From positions 14,402 to 78,401 of the IMG/VR virus record IMGVR_UViG_3300045988_098110: DNA of 64,000 nucleotides; one strand, given 5' to 3'. How positions within the stretch are numbered: the first letter of the stretch is position 1; every line of letters begins with the position of its first letter. The position numbers and the translations under genes are program-made. Below the pieces are notes generated by a model. The model was not told the DNA's origin, ran no database searches, and worked only from the letters and a program-made list of their open reading frames with translations. Shown here piece by piece: positions 34,125 to 43,945 of the stretch. The stretch comes from a virus.

Positions 34125-34903
34125 TTAAACAATAGGTATTCCGAGGTCGTTGACATTTTTCAGATCGTCAGCTCCCCTGATTATCGTCGCGTTACTCAAG
34201 TTCCTCGTCTTTTCGTTGGTATGTTTTTTGTCATCGTCGAGATATTCGATGTGGGTAAAATCCATTGACGCAAGTCTGACTTGAGGTACTGTCATTCCCC
34301 ATTTGTATTCTTCCTGCGAGCACCAAGTGTTTGCCCTAAGAAAGTCTATCATTTGGCCGTATTCTGTCCTTGAAGGGATAATTCGGCTGTTTGTGTCTTT
34401 CTGGTCAGCGCTTGCTTGCGAACGGTCGCAATCACATTGGTACTCGCGAAGAAAAAATCCACATCAAGAAGATTTAAGATTTCGATGAGCAGCGTTGCCC
34501 AATCCTTGATGTCGTAATCGCCCCACAGGAGTTGGTCGTAGACTTGTTGGTATTCATCAGAGTTGATGCGTTCCTTGTCGTTGAGCAATGCTATTGTGAT
34601 AACCCTTGCTACTGATGGTATGTTGGATGCAAACTCCTTGATAACGTCTCCCATCGCCAAGTTCTCTTTCTTGATGATCTTGCACGCCTCTTCGGCAATC
34701 ATCCACTGGGCGCCGGGCTTTAGCGCTTTTATCTGCCACTCAGTGCCCTGCAACTTTACAATAGTTGGAGAGTCGTTCATGATTTGCGCAAGCCGTTCCA
34801 TTGCAGCATCAGACAATGGCGAGATGGGGGTTGTCTCGTCTGATATATTCTCTGTTTGCCTCTTTGGCTTACCAGTTCCTTTTTTTGCTCTGTATACTGT
34901 CAT
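34125..34903 (-). CDS. tail assembly chaperone -1 frameshift product (gpGT analogue)
   Basis: The -1 frame is open without a stop from the slippery site through ORF 34125..34352. I translated ..DFF|LREYQCDCDRSQASADQKDTNSRIIPSRTEYGQMIDFLRAN... Confidence 0.6.
34349..34903 (-). CDS. tail assembly chaperone (gpG analogue)
   Basis: 184 aa, directly upstream of the tape measure gene. It contains a slippery heptamer near its 3' end. Confidence 0.7.
   Translation of the reverse strand: MTVYRAKKGTGKPKRQTENISDETTPISPLSDAAMERLAQIMNDSPTIVKLQGTEWQIKALKPGAQWMIAEEACKIIKKENLAMGDVIKEFASNIPSVARVITIALLNDKERINSDEYQQVYDQLLWGDYDIKDWATLLIEILNLLDVDFFFASTNVIATVRKQALTRKTQTAELSLQGQNTAK
34451..34457 (-). promoter_or_regulatory. 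-1 programmed ribosomal frameshift slippery heptamer T_TTT_TTC
   Basis: Minus strand reads gtg gaT TTT TTC ttc in the zero frame (plus-strand GAAAAAA at 34451-57). This is the canonical X_XXY_YYZ pattern. Confidence 0.6.
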
Positions 34904-34912
34904 ATTTACCGA

Positions 34913-35386
34913 TTAGATTTTTCTGCCTTTTGACAATCCAACCACATAAGCTCCTCCGTACTTTGCGGACAACTCTTGTAGCTTTTGAAAAGACATGGAT
35001 ATTACTCGATATTTGTGTTTCAATCTTCCTCCACCTTCTTCAAGAATCTCGGCATAGGGCATTGCGGCAGCTATCACGAGTTCAAATGTTCCTTTCGTTG
35101 CCTTATACTCTTCAAAAAACCGCTTGATTTCATTTCTTCCGAAGATGGGTCTTTTGTTATCTCCCTTTCCCCAGTATTTGAAATCGGTTGCGCGTTGGTA
35201 TGGCGACAAGAAGCCCATGTTCTTTATGTACCCATCGTAATACACGCACCATCCGTATGAATCGTAAAGGTTGTAGGTTCTATGAGTATATGTAATCTCG
35301 TTTATGCAGGCATCTATAACCTTTCTTCCATCATCGGATAGTTTTTCTGTGATATACTGGATAGCCATTGCTCTGAACTTGCCCAT
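34913..35386 (-). CDS. tail/neck component (HK97 gp10-like motif)
   Basis: ORF 34913..35437 trimmed to ATG 35386. AAAMPYAEILEEGGG resembles the gp10-family ..YA..vEfGt motif. Confidence 0.35.
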   Translation of the reverse strand: MGKFRAMAIQYITEKLSDDGRKVIDACINEITYTHRTYNLYDSYGWCVYYDGYIKNMGFLSPYQRATDFKYWGKGDNKRPIFGRNEIKRFFEEYKATKGTFELVIAAAMPYAEILEEGGGRLKHKYRVISMSFQKLQELSAKYGGAYVVGLSKGRKI

Positions 35387-35470
35387 GGTCAGAAAACTTA
35401 AAAGGGGCAAACGGCAATAAAGCCGCCGCCCCAGCATTTATATAGTCGAGAATCGTTAAAGAAGCCCTTT

Positions 35471-36061
35471 TTACACAGAGGCCGTAGGAAGAGTGTACTT
35501 GTGGTTGATATAGAACGGAGTTCTGACATTCTTGCCACCGATAGTGAGCGCAATATCCTTAGCGGTTCCTGCCAAAGAAATTCTTGCCAAGTTGGAGTTC
35601 AAGGACTCAATCAGCAACTTGGTGTTAAGCTGAACCTTTGGGAGCACGTAGGCAACCATAGTGGTTCCGTCGGGCTGAACCTGCACCACATCAACCTTTG
35701 CGTACAAAGCCTTGTAGGTGGAAGGAGCAATTGTGCGATTTCCTGTTGTGTCACTCGTGAAACCCGCGAGGGCCACCAAGAGATCCTTCTGTGTGTCGCC
35801 AATCTCAGAGGCCAACTGCCATTTGCCGAGCTTGATAATAGAGATAATGGGCGAATCTGAGGTTTCGCACTCGATGTCAGTAGTCTCGTTGTCGTCCTGC
35901 GAGATAGACGTGGTATCTTCTACAACATCCTCAAGGATGAAAGAATCGCCTTCGGGAGCTGATTCGTCCTTGTCACTGCCAGTAAACAATGTGGCCACGA
36001 TATAGTCAGGCTTGATGAACTTGAAAGCGCCTGCGCCTGTGTTTATTACTTTCTTTGCCAT
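35471..36061 (-). CDS. putative major tail tube protein
   Basis: 196 aa. The call rests on size and position (after the connectors, before the chaperones). It contains an acidic insert. Confidence 0.4.
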   Translation of the reverse strand: MAKKVINTGAGAFKFIKPDYIVATLFTGSDKDESAPEGDSFILEDVVEDTTSISQDDNETTDIECETSDSPIISIIKLGKWQLASEIGDTQKDLLVALAGFTSDTTGNRTIAPSTYKALYAKVDVVQVQPDGTTMVAYVLPKVQLNTKLLIESLNSNLARISLAGTAKDIALTIGGKNVRTPFYINHKYTLPTASV

Positions 36062-36110
36062 AATCGTATTATTTTTAATGTTTGTTATCCTGTTATGCTT
36101 TACCAGTTGT

Positions 36111-36509
36111 CTATCGTGTGATTACAGAAACCGAAATCATCTGAAAATGGAACTGACGGTTAGAGTCGTATCCGCTATCACGATAAAGCTCATGGATTGT
36201 GTAATCCTTGTCATTTGAGCCGTTTATGATATCATCGAGCTTACCCTCCATCTTATCAAGCAATTTCACATTCTTTCTCAGCGGCGTACCTTTTGGTCTT
36301 GCGTAAAGATAGATGTTTACATAACCCGATGAGTATGCGCCCTTGTCACGCTGCTGCCCAACATCAACGTTAACAAAATCGTCCCAATCCTTATCGGTGG
36401 TCGGAGGGAGTTCTCCAATGAAGATATTCTTGGATATTCCCTTGTTTGTGAGGAGAATCGAGAAGAAATTCTCGATACGGGATAGTCTGCGCTGTGTTCG
36501 TTGTGTCAT
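36111..36509 (-). CDS. head-tail joining / tail completion protein (positional)
   Basis: 132-aa ORF in the connector block. Confidence 0.4.
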   Translation of the reverse strand: MTQRTQRRLSRIENFFSILLTNKGISKNIFIGELPPTTDKDWDDFVNVDVGQQRDKGAYSSGYVNIYLYARPKGTPLRKNVKLLDKMEGKLDDIINGSNDKDYTIHELYRDSGYDSNRQFHFQMISVSVITR

Positions 36510-36517
36510 CCTGCTTT

Positions 36518-36919
36518 TTATATATCAGTTCCCTTGATGTAAGCTACGCATCCGTGCATCTGTGTCGGATAGACTCCTATGACCATGCCGTCAACATCCA
36601 TTCCTGACATTTTGCTCCTAAAGCGTATACCCGGTACAAGTCCCTCTGGAATAAACTCTTCGCATCCATCTTCTTTCGTAGGCATGGGGAAGTACAAAGT
36701 GTATCCCATCGTTACAACTCCTGAGTTGAATAGCTTGTTGGTCTCTTGTATGTCGCAAACTGTTTCAAGGATGATAGTCTCAACCTCGTCACCTTCATCA
36801 AGCAAATTTCCGTCATCGGGTAGCTTGCTCTCTTTTTTGTAGAACACCCCATTGTAAGCGTATTCTTTTAATGCGTTGCGATCTGTATACATAGAGCTAA
36901 CAATATTCGGTTTCATCAA
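36518..36919 (-). CDS. head-tail joining protein (positional)
   Basis: 133-aa ORF. The start may instead be ATG 36892, which would avoid a 23-nt overlap. Confidence 0.4.
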   Translation of the reverse strand: MMKPNIVSSMYTDRNALKEYAYNGVFYKKESKLPDDGNLLDEGDEVETIILETVCDIQETNKLFNSGVVTMGYTLYFPMPTKEDGCEEFIPEGLVPGIRFRSKMSGMDVDGMVIGVYPTQMHGCVAYIKGTDI

Positions 36920-37286
36920 TCCATCTCACCTCTCCAGTGGCGTCATTCAGAGCTTCGATCTTGTCGTCTTCTCCGTACTTGTTGTATAGTCTCCGAAGTT
37001 CAGACTTGATACTTGCAAGCGAAGCTGACGTGATGGTCTGCGCTCCAACTGACATGGTGTATGCACCATGTTGGTTTGTAGACGAAGCAGTTTGGTAAGG
37101 ACCGAAAACAATAGTCTCAAGAAGAGCCGCCTTGCATCTATCCTTATCCTCCTGCGTAAGTTCTACATAAGAGCCAGCATCTATCACTCCGCAATCAATA
37201 GCAACCCGGTTCAACACAGACTTGTCGAACACGAAACTTGTCATTCCGCTTAGGTATTCTAATATGTCAAACTTTTGTGATGCCAT
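36897..37286 (-). CDS. head-tail adaptor (positional)
   Basis: 129-aa ORF immediately after the major capsid gene. Confidence 0.4.
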   Translation of the reverse strand: MASQKFDILEYLSGMTSFVFDKSVLNRVAIDCGVIDAGSYVELTQEDKDRCKAALLETIVFGPYQTASSTNQHGAYTMSVGAQTITSASLASIKSELRRLYNKYGEDDKIEALNDATGEVRWIDETEYC

Positions 37287-37344
37287 GTTGATGAGTGAGA
37301 TGGGTTGATGTTTGTAATCACATAATAATTATTGCGGTGTGGCG

Positions 37345-38526
37345 TTATTTGCCAGCCGTAGAAGTGTCGATAATGACGTGGTTCATGAAGTCGATGAGTG
37401 CCGGGCAGGCTGACATCATAACCTTTGTCTGCCACTCTCTGAAGGCTCCGTTGTCTGTTGCGTAGTTTCCTACGGTTACGAGGCCGTCGGCGATGGAAGC
37501 CCAAGAAACGTCAATGTTCTTTGCTCCATACTTCTTCTGGAGTGTCTGGTCGTAAATAGGAGTCCACATGAACTCCACGGCGTCACCTGCAGGGCGAAGC
37601 ACGACGACCTTGTCATCCCAACCCTGAACGAATGTGTCTGAAGAGGCAGTCTTGTTGCGCTCTTTCTCAACCACAATCTCGATAGGAGAAAGACCTGTCA
37701 TGTCGGAAAGAGAGTTCTTGAAATCCTCATCAAGCACCTGCATCTCGTCAGTGTAGGCCTTGTAGTGTGCGAGACACCACTTCTTGTACCACTCCTTAAC
37801 CTCGGTGTTCTGCAAGAACACTTCGCGGTACATCTTGCGTGTCATTTGCCAAACAAGAGGAATCTCGGTACCTCCACGCTCGTCGCGGTAATCGTCCTCA
37901 ATCTTGCGCATCTGCGAGATAATATGGCAGTCGGCATCAGTCCAAACCTTGTCGCCGGCCTTCTTTCTGTTCTCTTCGGGGAAAGCACTGACCTTCTGAA
38001 TGAACTGCTGCAAACCCTCACCCTTTCCCTGCCAAGTCATCTTGGCGGTAGACAAAAGCTGTGCAGTAAGGTTAGAGAGTGTGGCCTCTGCGGAGTTTTT
38101 GCCCGTCTGCACAACATCACGCACCCAAGCGGCTATAAGGTCCGCGTCGTTTCCAAACTGCTGGAACAGTTGCTCCTTGTATTCGCGCTGACGCGCATTC
38201 TCTGTCCACTTGTAGCCGATAAAGTCGGGGATGGTTCCAGTGTAGATTTCCAGACCATCGTTGTCGAGCTCTGGCGCATCGCCAAGAGGAGCGCGAAGGT
38301 GCATCAGCGGGGCGGCCTCTGCCTTACGTGATTTAATAGTGAACGAAGCGGTTCCGTCGTAGTCAGTTGGCGTAGGCATTGAAGCCTTGTGCCCCTGTGT
38401 GAGATACCAGCCGTAGTTTGTATAGAGCAACCCCTTGGTGTTCAAGAAGCTCCTCAAAAAGTTAATGTTATCCTTTGAAGAGAACAGCTTTGCGTATCTC
38501 GAATTGTTAAAATCGAATTGCTGCAT
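37345..38526 (-). CDS. major capsid protein (lambda gpE-like family)
   Basis: 393 aa. The C-terminus GAFREWQTKVMMSACPALIDFMNHVIID parallels lambda E ..AREFTMIQSAPLMLLADPDEFVSV. The gene order scaffold / D-position / E-position matches lambda. Confidence 0.65.
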   Translation of the reverse strand: MQQFDFNNSRYAKLFSSKDNINFLRSFLNTKGLLYTNYGWYLTQGHKASMPTPTDYDGTASFTIKSRKAEAAPLMHLRAPLGDAPELDNDGLEIYTGTIPDFIGYKWTENARQREYKEQLFQQFGNDADLIAAWVRDVVQTGKNSAEATLSNLTAQLLSTAKMTWQGKGEGLQQFIQKVSAFPEENRKKAGDKVWTDADCHIISQMRKIEDDYRDERGGTEIPLVWQMTRKMYREVFLQNTEVKEWYKKWCLAHYKAYTDEMQVLDEDFKNSLSDMTGLSPIEIVVEKERNKTASSDTFVQGWDDKVVVLRPAGDAVEFMWTPIYDQTLQKKYGAKNIDVSWASIADGLVTVGNYATDNGAFREWQTKVMMSACPALIDFMNHVIIDTSTAGK

Positions 38527-38578
38527 ATCCTGAATGTTGTTTTGTTATCCTGTTAAACCTATTGAAGAAAAGAGCGAA

Positions 38579-39352
38579 TTAGAGGTTGAACCAACCAGGG
38601 ATCTTGCTCTTGTTGAGCGCAAGAATTGCAGGAGGCAACTTGTTGCACTTTGCCAAATTCAAGACCGTGTCCTCGTTAGCGCGGGCAGGAGTATAGAAAT
38701 ACCGTGCTCCTTCTCCCTCTTCTGCGTTTGTAGACATGTTGGGCTCGTAGAAGAAGTCGTTGTCTCTGTCAAAGTATGCGTTCGGGTTAGTCACCATAGC
38801 GGTAGTGTTCGCGCCAACCTTTGCTGCCTCAACGAAAATATCGCCCTTCTTGGGTGTTGCGCCTACCTGAGCGCCAAGGGTAACCTCCCAAACATCTGAA
38901 CCTCCGTCAGTAGAGGCAGTTACTCCGACAATGGTAATGCCTGTACCCTTTGCGGTAAGTGTAGCTGGGGCAACCATGATGTTGTCACCGACAAAAGGAA
39001 TATGATGGTATCCGTCACGAACGAGCTTGATGGTCTGCTCGGTGGAAGCTGCCACATCTTTCGCAAGCTCAAAATACTTTAGGATTTTGATGGTCTGCCC
39101 ACCGTTTTTTCCATACACGTCAGGGTCAAACTCGCAAAGGTCGCCTGCGTAAGCCTTAGCACGGCCTCGGAACGGATTCACTACGACTCCACCGATTGGT
39201 ACATAGACAAACTGGCTCTTGTTGCCGTCGGTAAGTGTTACAAAAACACTTCTGTGGCCGCCAATCTTACCATGGGCCTGAATGAGGGTCCTGCCGCCAA
39301 AGTGACCGCCATACCCACGCTTCAAATAGAAATCATCTGCTGATGCTGTCAT
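38579..39352 (-). CDS. capsid accessory protein in the decoration (gpD) position
   Basis: 257-aa Gly/Val-rich ORF between the scaffold and the major capsid gene. The call is positional only. Confidence 0.35.
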   Translation of the reverse strand: MTASADDFYLKRGYGGHFGGRTLIQAHGKIGGHRSVFVTLTDGNKSQFVYVPIGGVVVNPFRGRAKAYAGDLCEFDPDVYGKNGGQTIKILKYFELAKDVAASTEQTIKLVRDGYHHIPFVGDNIMVAPATLTAKGTGITIVGVTASTDGGSDVWEVTLGAQVGATPKKGDIFVEAAKVGANTTAMVTNPNAYFDRDNDFFYEPNMSTNAEEGEGARYFYTPARANEDTVLNLAKCNKLPPAILALNKSKIPGWFNL

Positions 39353-39385
39353 AATTGTACTTTTTAATGTGAATGAAATCTCCCG

Positions 39386-40030
39386 CTACTCGCCAGCTGA
39401 CGGGTTTACGATGCCAACAACGTCAGAGAAATCAATCTTCCCATCTCCGTCTTCTTGGCCGCTTACGTCTGGCGTGTTGGCCTTTCTTGACGAGTGAGAT
39501 ATGTTGTAGAACTCCTCTGCGTCCGACAGCTCCTTCTCGATGTCGGAGTCTTTTGTCAACGTCAGCTTTTTCATGTAGGCGTCAATCCACTTGGTGTCAT
39601 TGATGCCTTTTTCCTTCAGCTTGGCAAGAAGTTCACTACGTTTACCCGAGACAAGTCTCTCGGCCTCATGTTCGGCGTCACGTTGCTCCAAAGCCTCCAG
39701 TCTTTTGAGCAACTTGCTTATAGAGTCGTTTGACTCCTTGCCTTCCTTGCCGTTCTCTCCAGGCTCCTCCTCGAGGTTCTTCTGCGGATGCTCTTTGTTC
39801 CACTTTTTTATGAAATCCGCATTATCCTTCTCGTAGTTTCCGTTTAGAGAAACAAACTGTGGCAAAAGTTTTGAAACCAAGTTGTCCAGCTCTGTCTCTT
39901 CGTTAACCAAAAGATCGAAATGGGAGTCACTCAAACTTTTGATTGTCTTGTCACTGATGGAAAGGTGTTTTCCATTTGCAGTGAGCTTCGCTTTTAGGGT
40001 GTCCAAAAGCTGTTGTTTTGTAAACTTCAT
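39386..40030 (-). CDS. scaffolding protein
   Basis: 214 aa, charged and helical (LLKRLEALEQRDAEHEAERL...). It is the first gene of the head operon. Confidence 0.55.
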   Translation of the reverse strand: MKFTKQQLLDTLKAKLTANGKHLSISDKTIKSLSDSHFDLLVNEETELDNLVSKLLPQFVSLNGNYEKDNADFIKKWNKEHPQKNLEEEPGENGKEGKESNDSISKLLKRLEALEQRDAEHEAERLVSGKRSELLAKLKEKGINDTKWIDAYMKKLTLTKDSDIEKELSDAEEFYNISHSSRKANTPDVSGQEDGDGKIDFSDVVGIVNPSAGE

Positions 40031-40065
40031 AAATAGCTTTGTTTAGTTTTTTGAGCAAAAATAAG

Positions 40066-40073
40066 AAGTAATA
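40066..40073 (-). promoter_or_regulatory. -7 box TATTTTTG (late leftward promoter)
   Basis: Plus strand reads CAAAAATA, 36 nt upstream of ATG 40030. Confidence 0.45.
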
Positions 40074-40159
40074 ATCATGAAGCAAAGTTTATAACAACCT
40101 CTATTTGACTGCTATCCAATAATTTGTAGTATTTTATTCAATAATGTTTTTTCATGTTA

Positions 40160-40167
40160 TAACTTTG
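40160..40167 (+). promoter_or_regulatory. -7 box TAACTTTG (late rightward promoter)
   Basis: Exact TAnnTTTG ending 4 nt before GTG 40172. Confidence 0.4.
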
Positions 40168-40171
40168 TGTT

Positions 40172-41779
40172 GTGGCAGAAATAAAAGATATAGAAATTAG
40201 ACCACAAGAAGGGTTTCAGATGTCCTTTGCAAGCAGTAATGCAGATGTGGTTTTCGGCGGAGGAAATCTCGGCGGAGGCAAATCGTATGGTCTTGTGCTT
40301 GCTATGGCTGAGCCTCTAATGACCGATCCTGATTTCCGTGCTATGATTTCTCGCCGTTCACTCGGAAACCAAAAGGCTGGCGGTGGCTTCGTTGAGAAGT
40401 TCAAGCAGATATTTGGAGCCGACTATGTAAAAATCAGGGAAAGCGAGAACCCTCGCGTAACATTTCCAAACGGAACATTCGTTGACTTAACCTATTTGGA
40501 TGACACGAATATGGATAAGCTGCGAGAGCGTGCAAAGGGATGGGAGTATGACCTGATTGCAATCGACGAGCTAACAGAGATGTCTTGGGAGGTGTTCTCT
40601 TACGTAATGACACGAAACAGAGGACAAAGCAAAACGTTTACGGGAAAATTCTTCGCCACACTAAACCCCAAGAGAAGCCACTGGACGAGAATATTCCTCG
40701 ACTGGTATATCGGTCCTGACGGATTCATTATTCCCGAGAGAGACGGTGTTGTTAGGTACTTCTATTGCGCAGGACCCACAGTCAAAGATGTCGTGTGGGG
40801 AATGACAAAGGAGGAGGTCTACAACAAATGCAGGATAGACATTGATAGAAAGCTAAAAGCCGTAGGCGGAAACTTTAGCTACGATGTAATGATAAAGAGC
40901 TTCGTGTTCTATCAGGGAAAGCTCGGAGCAAACAAGAAGATGCTCGAAAACAACTCTGGTTATTTGGGTTCTGTAGCGGCTTCAGGCGGTAGAATGGCAC
41001 AAGCTCTTATGGAGGGTAATTTTAACGTTGATCCCGAGGAGAAAGAAGACATTCCCATCCCAAGCCAATCTGCAAGAGATTGCTTCGTTAACGACCCAGC
41101 AGTTAATGGCGACAAGTGGATAACAATAGACTTGGCTGACTACGGAACCGACAATACTCTCATGCTTTCTTGGAATGGATTTCATGTCACCAATTATGAA
41201 ATCGTGATGCGTGCCACACCAAGGATGAATGCCGAGAGAGCGAAAGAGTTTGCTTCAAGAGAGGGAGTTGCAGAGTCGCACATCATATACGATGCCACTG
41301 CGGGAAGATATTTCAACGACTATATACCGGAAGCTATTCCTTACATATCAGCATCAAAGCCTCGTGGCATCTACTATTTGTCAGCAATGAGCGTAAAAGA
41401 CTTGTGCTACTTACGCCTTTGTTACATGATAAAGCGAGGTCAGTTGACTTTCGAGGACAGCGTGGCGAACGCCACATATACGCACCAAAACCTCAAATAT
41501 AAGGTAACTATTCAAAACGAGTTCCTTGAGGAGTGTGCAGTTGTTCGCTTCGACAAAATGCAGAGCGGCAAGAGAAAATTGCAAAGCAAAAAGGAAATGA
41601 ACAGAAACCTTGGAAAAGGCCGTTCAATGGACTTGCTTGATCCTTGCGCAATGCGTATGTATCCGTGCGTTGATATGGAATATGGAAGTGAGCTTCACGC
41701 TGGTTTTCAGACTATACAGGATGAAGAAAGAGTAAGTCCGAATGCCCAAAGCATTTATGACGACACCTTGTGGTATTAA
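40172..41779 (+). CDS. terminase large subunit (terL): terminase large subunit
   Basis: IRPQEGFQ...VVFGGGNLGGGKSYG (Walker A), YDLIAIDELTE (Walker B) and a C-terminal nuclease-size domain. The start is GTG 40172; the alternative is ATG 40220. Confidence 0.85.
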   Translation: MAEIKDIEIRPQEGFQMSFASSNADVVFGGGNLGGGKSYGLVLAMAEPLMTDPDFRAMISRRSLGNQKAGGGFVEKFKQIFGADYVKIRESENPRVTFPNGTFVDLTYLDDTNMDKLRERAKGWEYDLIAIDELTEMSWEVFSYVMTRNRGQSKTFTGKFFATLNPKRSHWTRIFLDWYIGPDGFIIPERDGVVRYFYCAGPTVKDVVWGMTKEEVYNKCRIDIDRKLKAVGGNFSYDVMIKSFVFYQGKLGANKKMLENNSGYLGSVAASGGRMAQALMEGNFNVDPEEKEDIPIPSQSARDCFVNDPAVNGDKWITIDLADYGTDNTLMLSWNGFHVTNYEIVMRATPRMNAERAKEFASREGVAESHIIYDATAGRYFNDYIPEAIPYISASKPRGIYYLSAMSVKDLCYLRLCYMIKRGQLTFEDSVANATYTHQNLKYKVTIQNEFLEECAVVRFDKMQSGKRKLQSKKEMNRNLGKGRSMDLLDPCAMRMYPCVDMEYGSELHAGFQTIQDEERVSPNAQSIYDDTLWY

Positions 41780-41796
41780 AGCGATAACGACAAGAT

Positions 41797-42378
41797 ATGC
41801 TGAAAAAGGAAAATATCAAAATGGTCTTAGAGACCGTCCGGGCAGATTGGGAGAAGGCTGACGAAAAAGACGTTGCCTTTGCAATCCTATGTGATGCGTT
41901 TGAGGATAAAACGCTTGCATACCGCATTGCTTACAGAAAAACGGACAAAGAGGCTGATAAATTCTATCAGACGCCACGTTTCAAGAAACTGCTCGAAGTA
42001 CTTGAGCCGTTCGGCATCGGTAACGTGAATAACAATGCCATAACAAGAGAGGAAAACAAAAACGAGCTATTAAAAATGCTCGACAAGATACAAGAGGCCG
42101 TCGCTCGCCACGAGATCGAAACCAAGGACGCGCTGAAAATGCAGACCGACATCCGCGTCAAGCTGAACGATAAGTTTGAGATGGAGGAAAGCCAAAAGCA
42201 AAAGAGAATAATCGTTGTGCCAAGCAAGCACGACATTGTTTGCCCGATGACTCGAAGAGAGTGCAACTTTTGGCCGACAAGAAAGGCTTGTGTGAAACAC
42301 TTCGGCCTTATTGATCCACAAGAAGGAGGAAACGGGAAATCAGTTGTAGAATCACCAATAAGCAAAAAGGATGAGTAG
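41797..42378 (+). CDS. hypothetical protein between terminase and portal
   Basis: 193 aa, helical and charged. The C-terminus has the Cys motif CPMTRRECNFWPTRKAC. Confidence 0.55.
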   Translation: MLKKENIKMVLETVRADWEKADEKDVAFAILCDAFEDKTLAYRIAYRKTDKEADKFYQTPRFKKLLEVLEPFGIGNVNNNAITREENKNELLKMLDKIQEAVARHEIETKDALKMQTDIRVKLNDKFEMEESQKQKRIIVVPSKHDIVCPMTRRECNFWPTRKACVKHFGLIDPQEGGNGKSVVESPISKKDE

Positions 42379-43927
42379 AAGGAGGCAAGACATAATAAAT
42401 GACTATTTGGAGAATCCGCAAAAGATGCTTCTGAAGAGACCTTTCTTCAGAGGTTCGGAAAGTATTGGCATAAACGACCCTACGGAAGGGTGTAATGTCA
42501 AGACAAACCAACTGCGTGAAGCAGAGCTTCCTGAGGTAAACAGAAGAATAGTCTCGCAAGAGCGCTTTATGAGGGAGCTCGACCCTAATTGTCATAACGT
42601 AATATTCGACAACAACCTTCCGAGTATATGCGTAAAACTTGAAGATGGAAGCTACTCCGAGATTCAGTTTAAGAGATTTGGCATTCCTATGCAGAGGGCT
42701 ATTGTGAAAGCGCAAACGCTTTACCTTGCAGGAAACAAGCGCGTTCATATACTACATGATAGCAATCCTTCGGACACGCTTAAAAACAACTTCGCGGACT
42801 TCAAATGGCATTGGCTTAACGACAACATGGATGGCGTTGGCTATCGTGCCGTGAAGGTTCAAAAGAGCTTCGGAGACGTTGGCGTTCTAATGTATATGAA
42901 TGAGAAGAATGAGATAAAGTCACGTATCTTCTCATACGAGGACGGATACCAAGTCATTCCTCACAAGGACGACAACGGAGAACCGCTCCTTGATTGTGTG
43001 TATTATAAAACGAGTGATGGCGTGCGACATATCGACGCTTACGACGACACTAACCATTACCATTTTAGTGACTACTTCCCAAGCGGAAACGATGGCGGCG
43101 AGAACACCAAGAGCGGATGGTATATGGATTACAAGGAGGAGCATGGATTTAACGAGAGTCCATTGGTAACAAAGCGAGGCGCTCCTGCTTGGGATAACGG
43201 AGAGGATCTGATAGAGCTCTTTGAGATAATATATAACCTCTTTGCCGTTATTCAAAAAAGACACGGATGGGGAATCCTGTACATCAAGGGAAAGTTCAAC
43301 GAGACCGCAAAGAAGATCGCCGGCTCCGTGATATTGAACGACACATCCGTTGAAGGCAATGGCTCCGCCGAGTTCAAAGCTCCTCCGAGCCCACAAAACA
43401 TGATTGATTTCATGCAGGCTATTCTCGATCAAATACAGATAGCAACAGGCGCAACGTTTATCTTGCCAAAAGACATCAAGTCGAGCGGTGACGTGAGCGG
43501 ACTTGCTATTCAAATGACCCGTTCGCTCGACATTGTTGAATCTTCAGACTCTGTTATTGAGTGGCAGAATTTTGCGAGCAAGATGTCACGCTTATATAAG
43601 GAGGGGCTTGCGAAGCAGCTTGTGTCAAGTGGCGAGAACCCAACAGCCATCACCGATTTTACAAAGATGAAAGTCAGCACATCGTTCAAGCCTTGGCAGC
43701 CATTCGATGAGAGCACTTGGAATCAAATGTTATGCACAATGAAGGGGGCTGGAGTGATTTCAACAAAGACCGCTGTCGAAAAGAACACAATATCCGCACC
43801 GGATGAGGAGGTAAGGCTGCAAAAAGAGCAAGAAATCGCTTCGAGGTTGGAAGCTTTGAATAGTAGCATCGAACAGAGCGCCCAACAGCAAATCGCAGAC
43901 TTGACTAACGAGAGTAATAACGAATAG
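42371..43927 (+). CDS. portal protein
   Basis: 518 aa. Size and position downstream of terL support the call. No strong motif was recalled. Confidence 0.65.
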   Translation: MSRRRQDIINDYLENPQKMLLKRPFFRGSESIGINDPTEGCNVKTNQLREAELPEVNRRIVSQERFMRELDPNCHNVIFDNNLPSICVKLEDGSYSEIQFKRFGIPMQRAIVKAQTLYLAGNKRVHILHDSNPSDTLKNNFADFKWHWLNDNMDGVGYRAVKVQKSFGDVGVLMYMNEKNEIKSRIFSYEDGYQVIPHKDDNGEPLLDCVYYKTSDGVRHIDAYDDTNHYHFSDYFPSGNDGGENTKSGWYMDYKEEHGFNESPLVTKRGAPAWDNGEDLIELFEIIYNLFAVIQKRHGWGILYIKGKFNETAKKIAGSVILNDTSVEGNGSAEFKAPPSPQNMIDFMQAILDQIQIATGATFILPKDIKSSGDVSGLAIQMTRSLDIVESSDSVIEWQNFASKMSRLYKEGLAKQLVSSGENPTAITDFTKMKVSTSFKPWQPFDESTWNQMLCTMKGAGVISTKTAVEKNTISAPDEEVRLQKEQEIASRLEALNSSIEQSAQQQIADLTNESNNE

Positions 43928-43945
43928 GTTTACGTATAGGCCATA

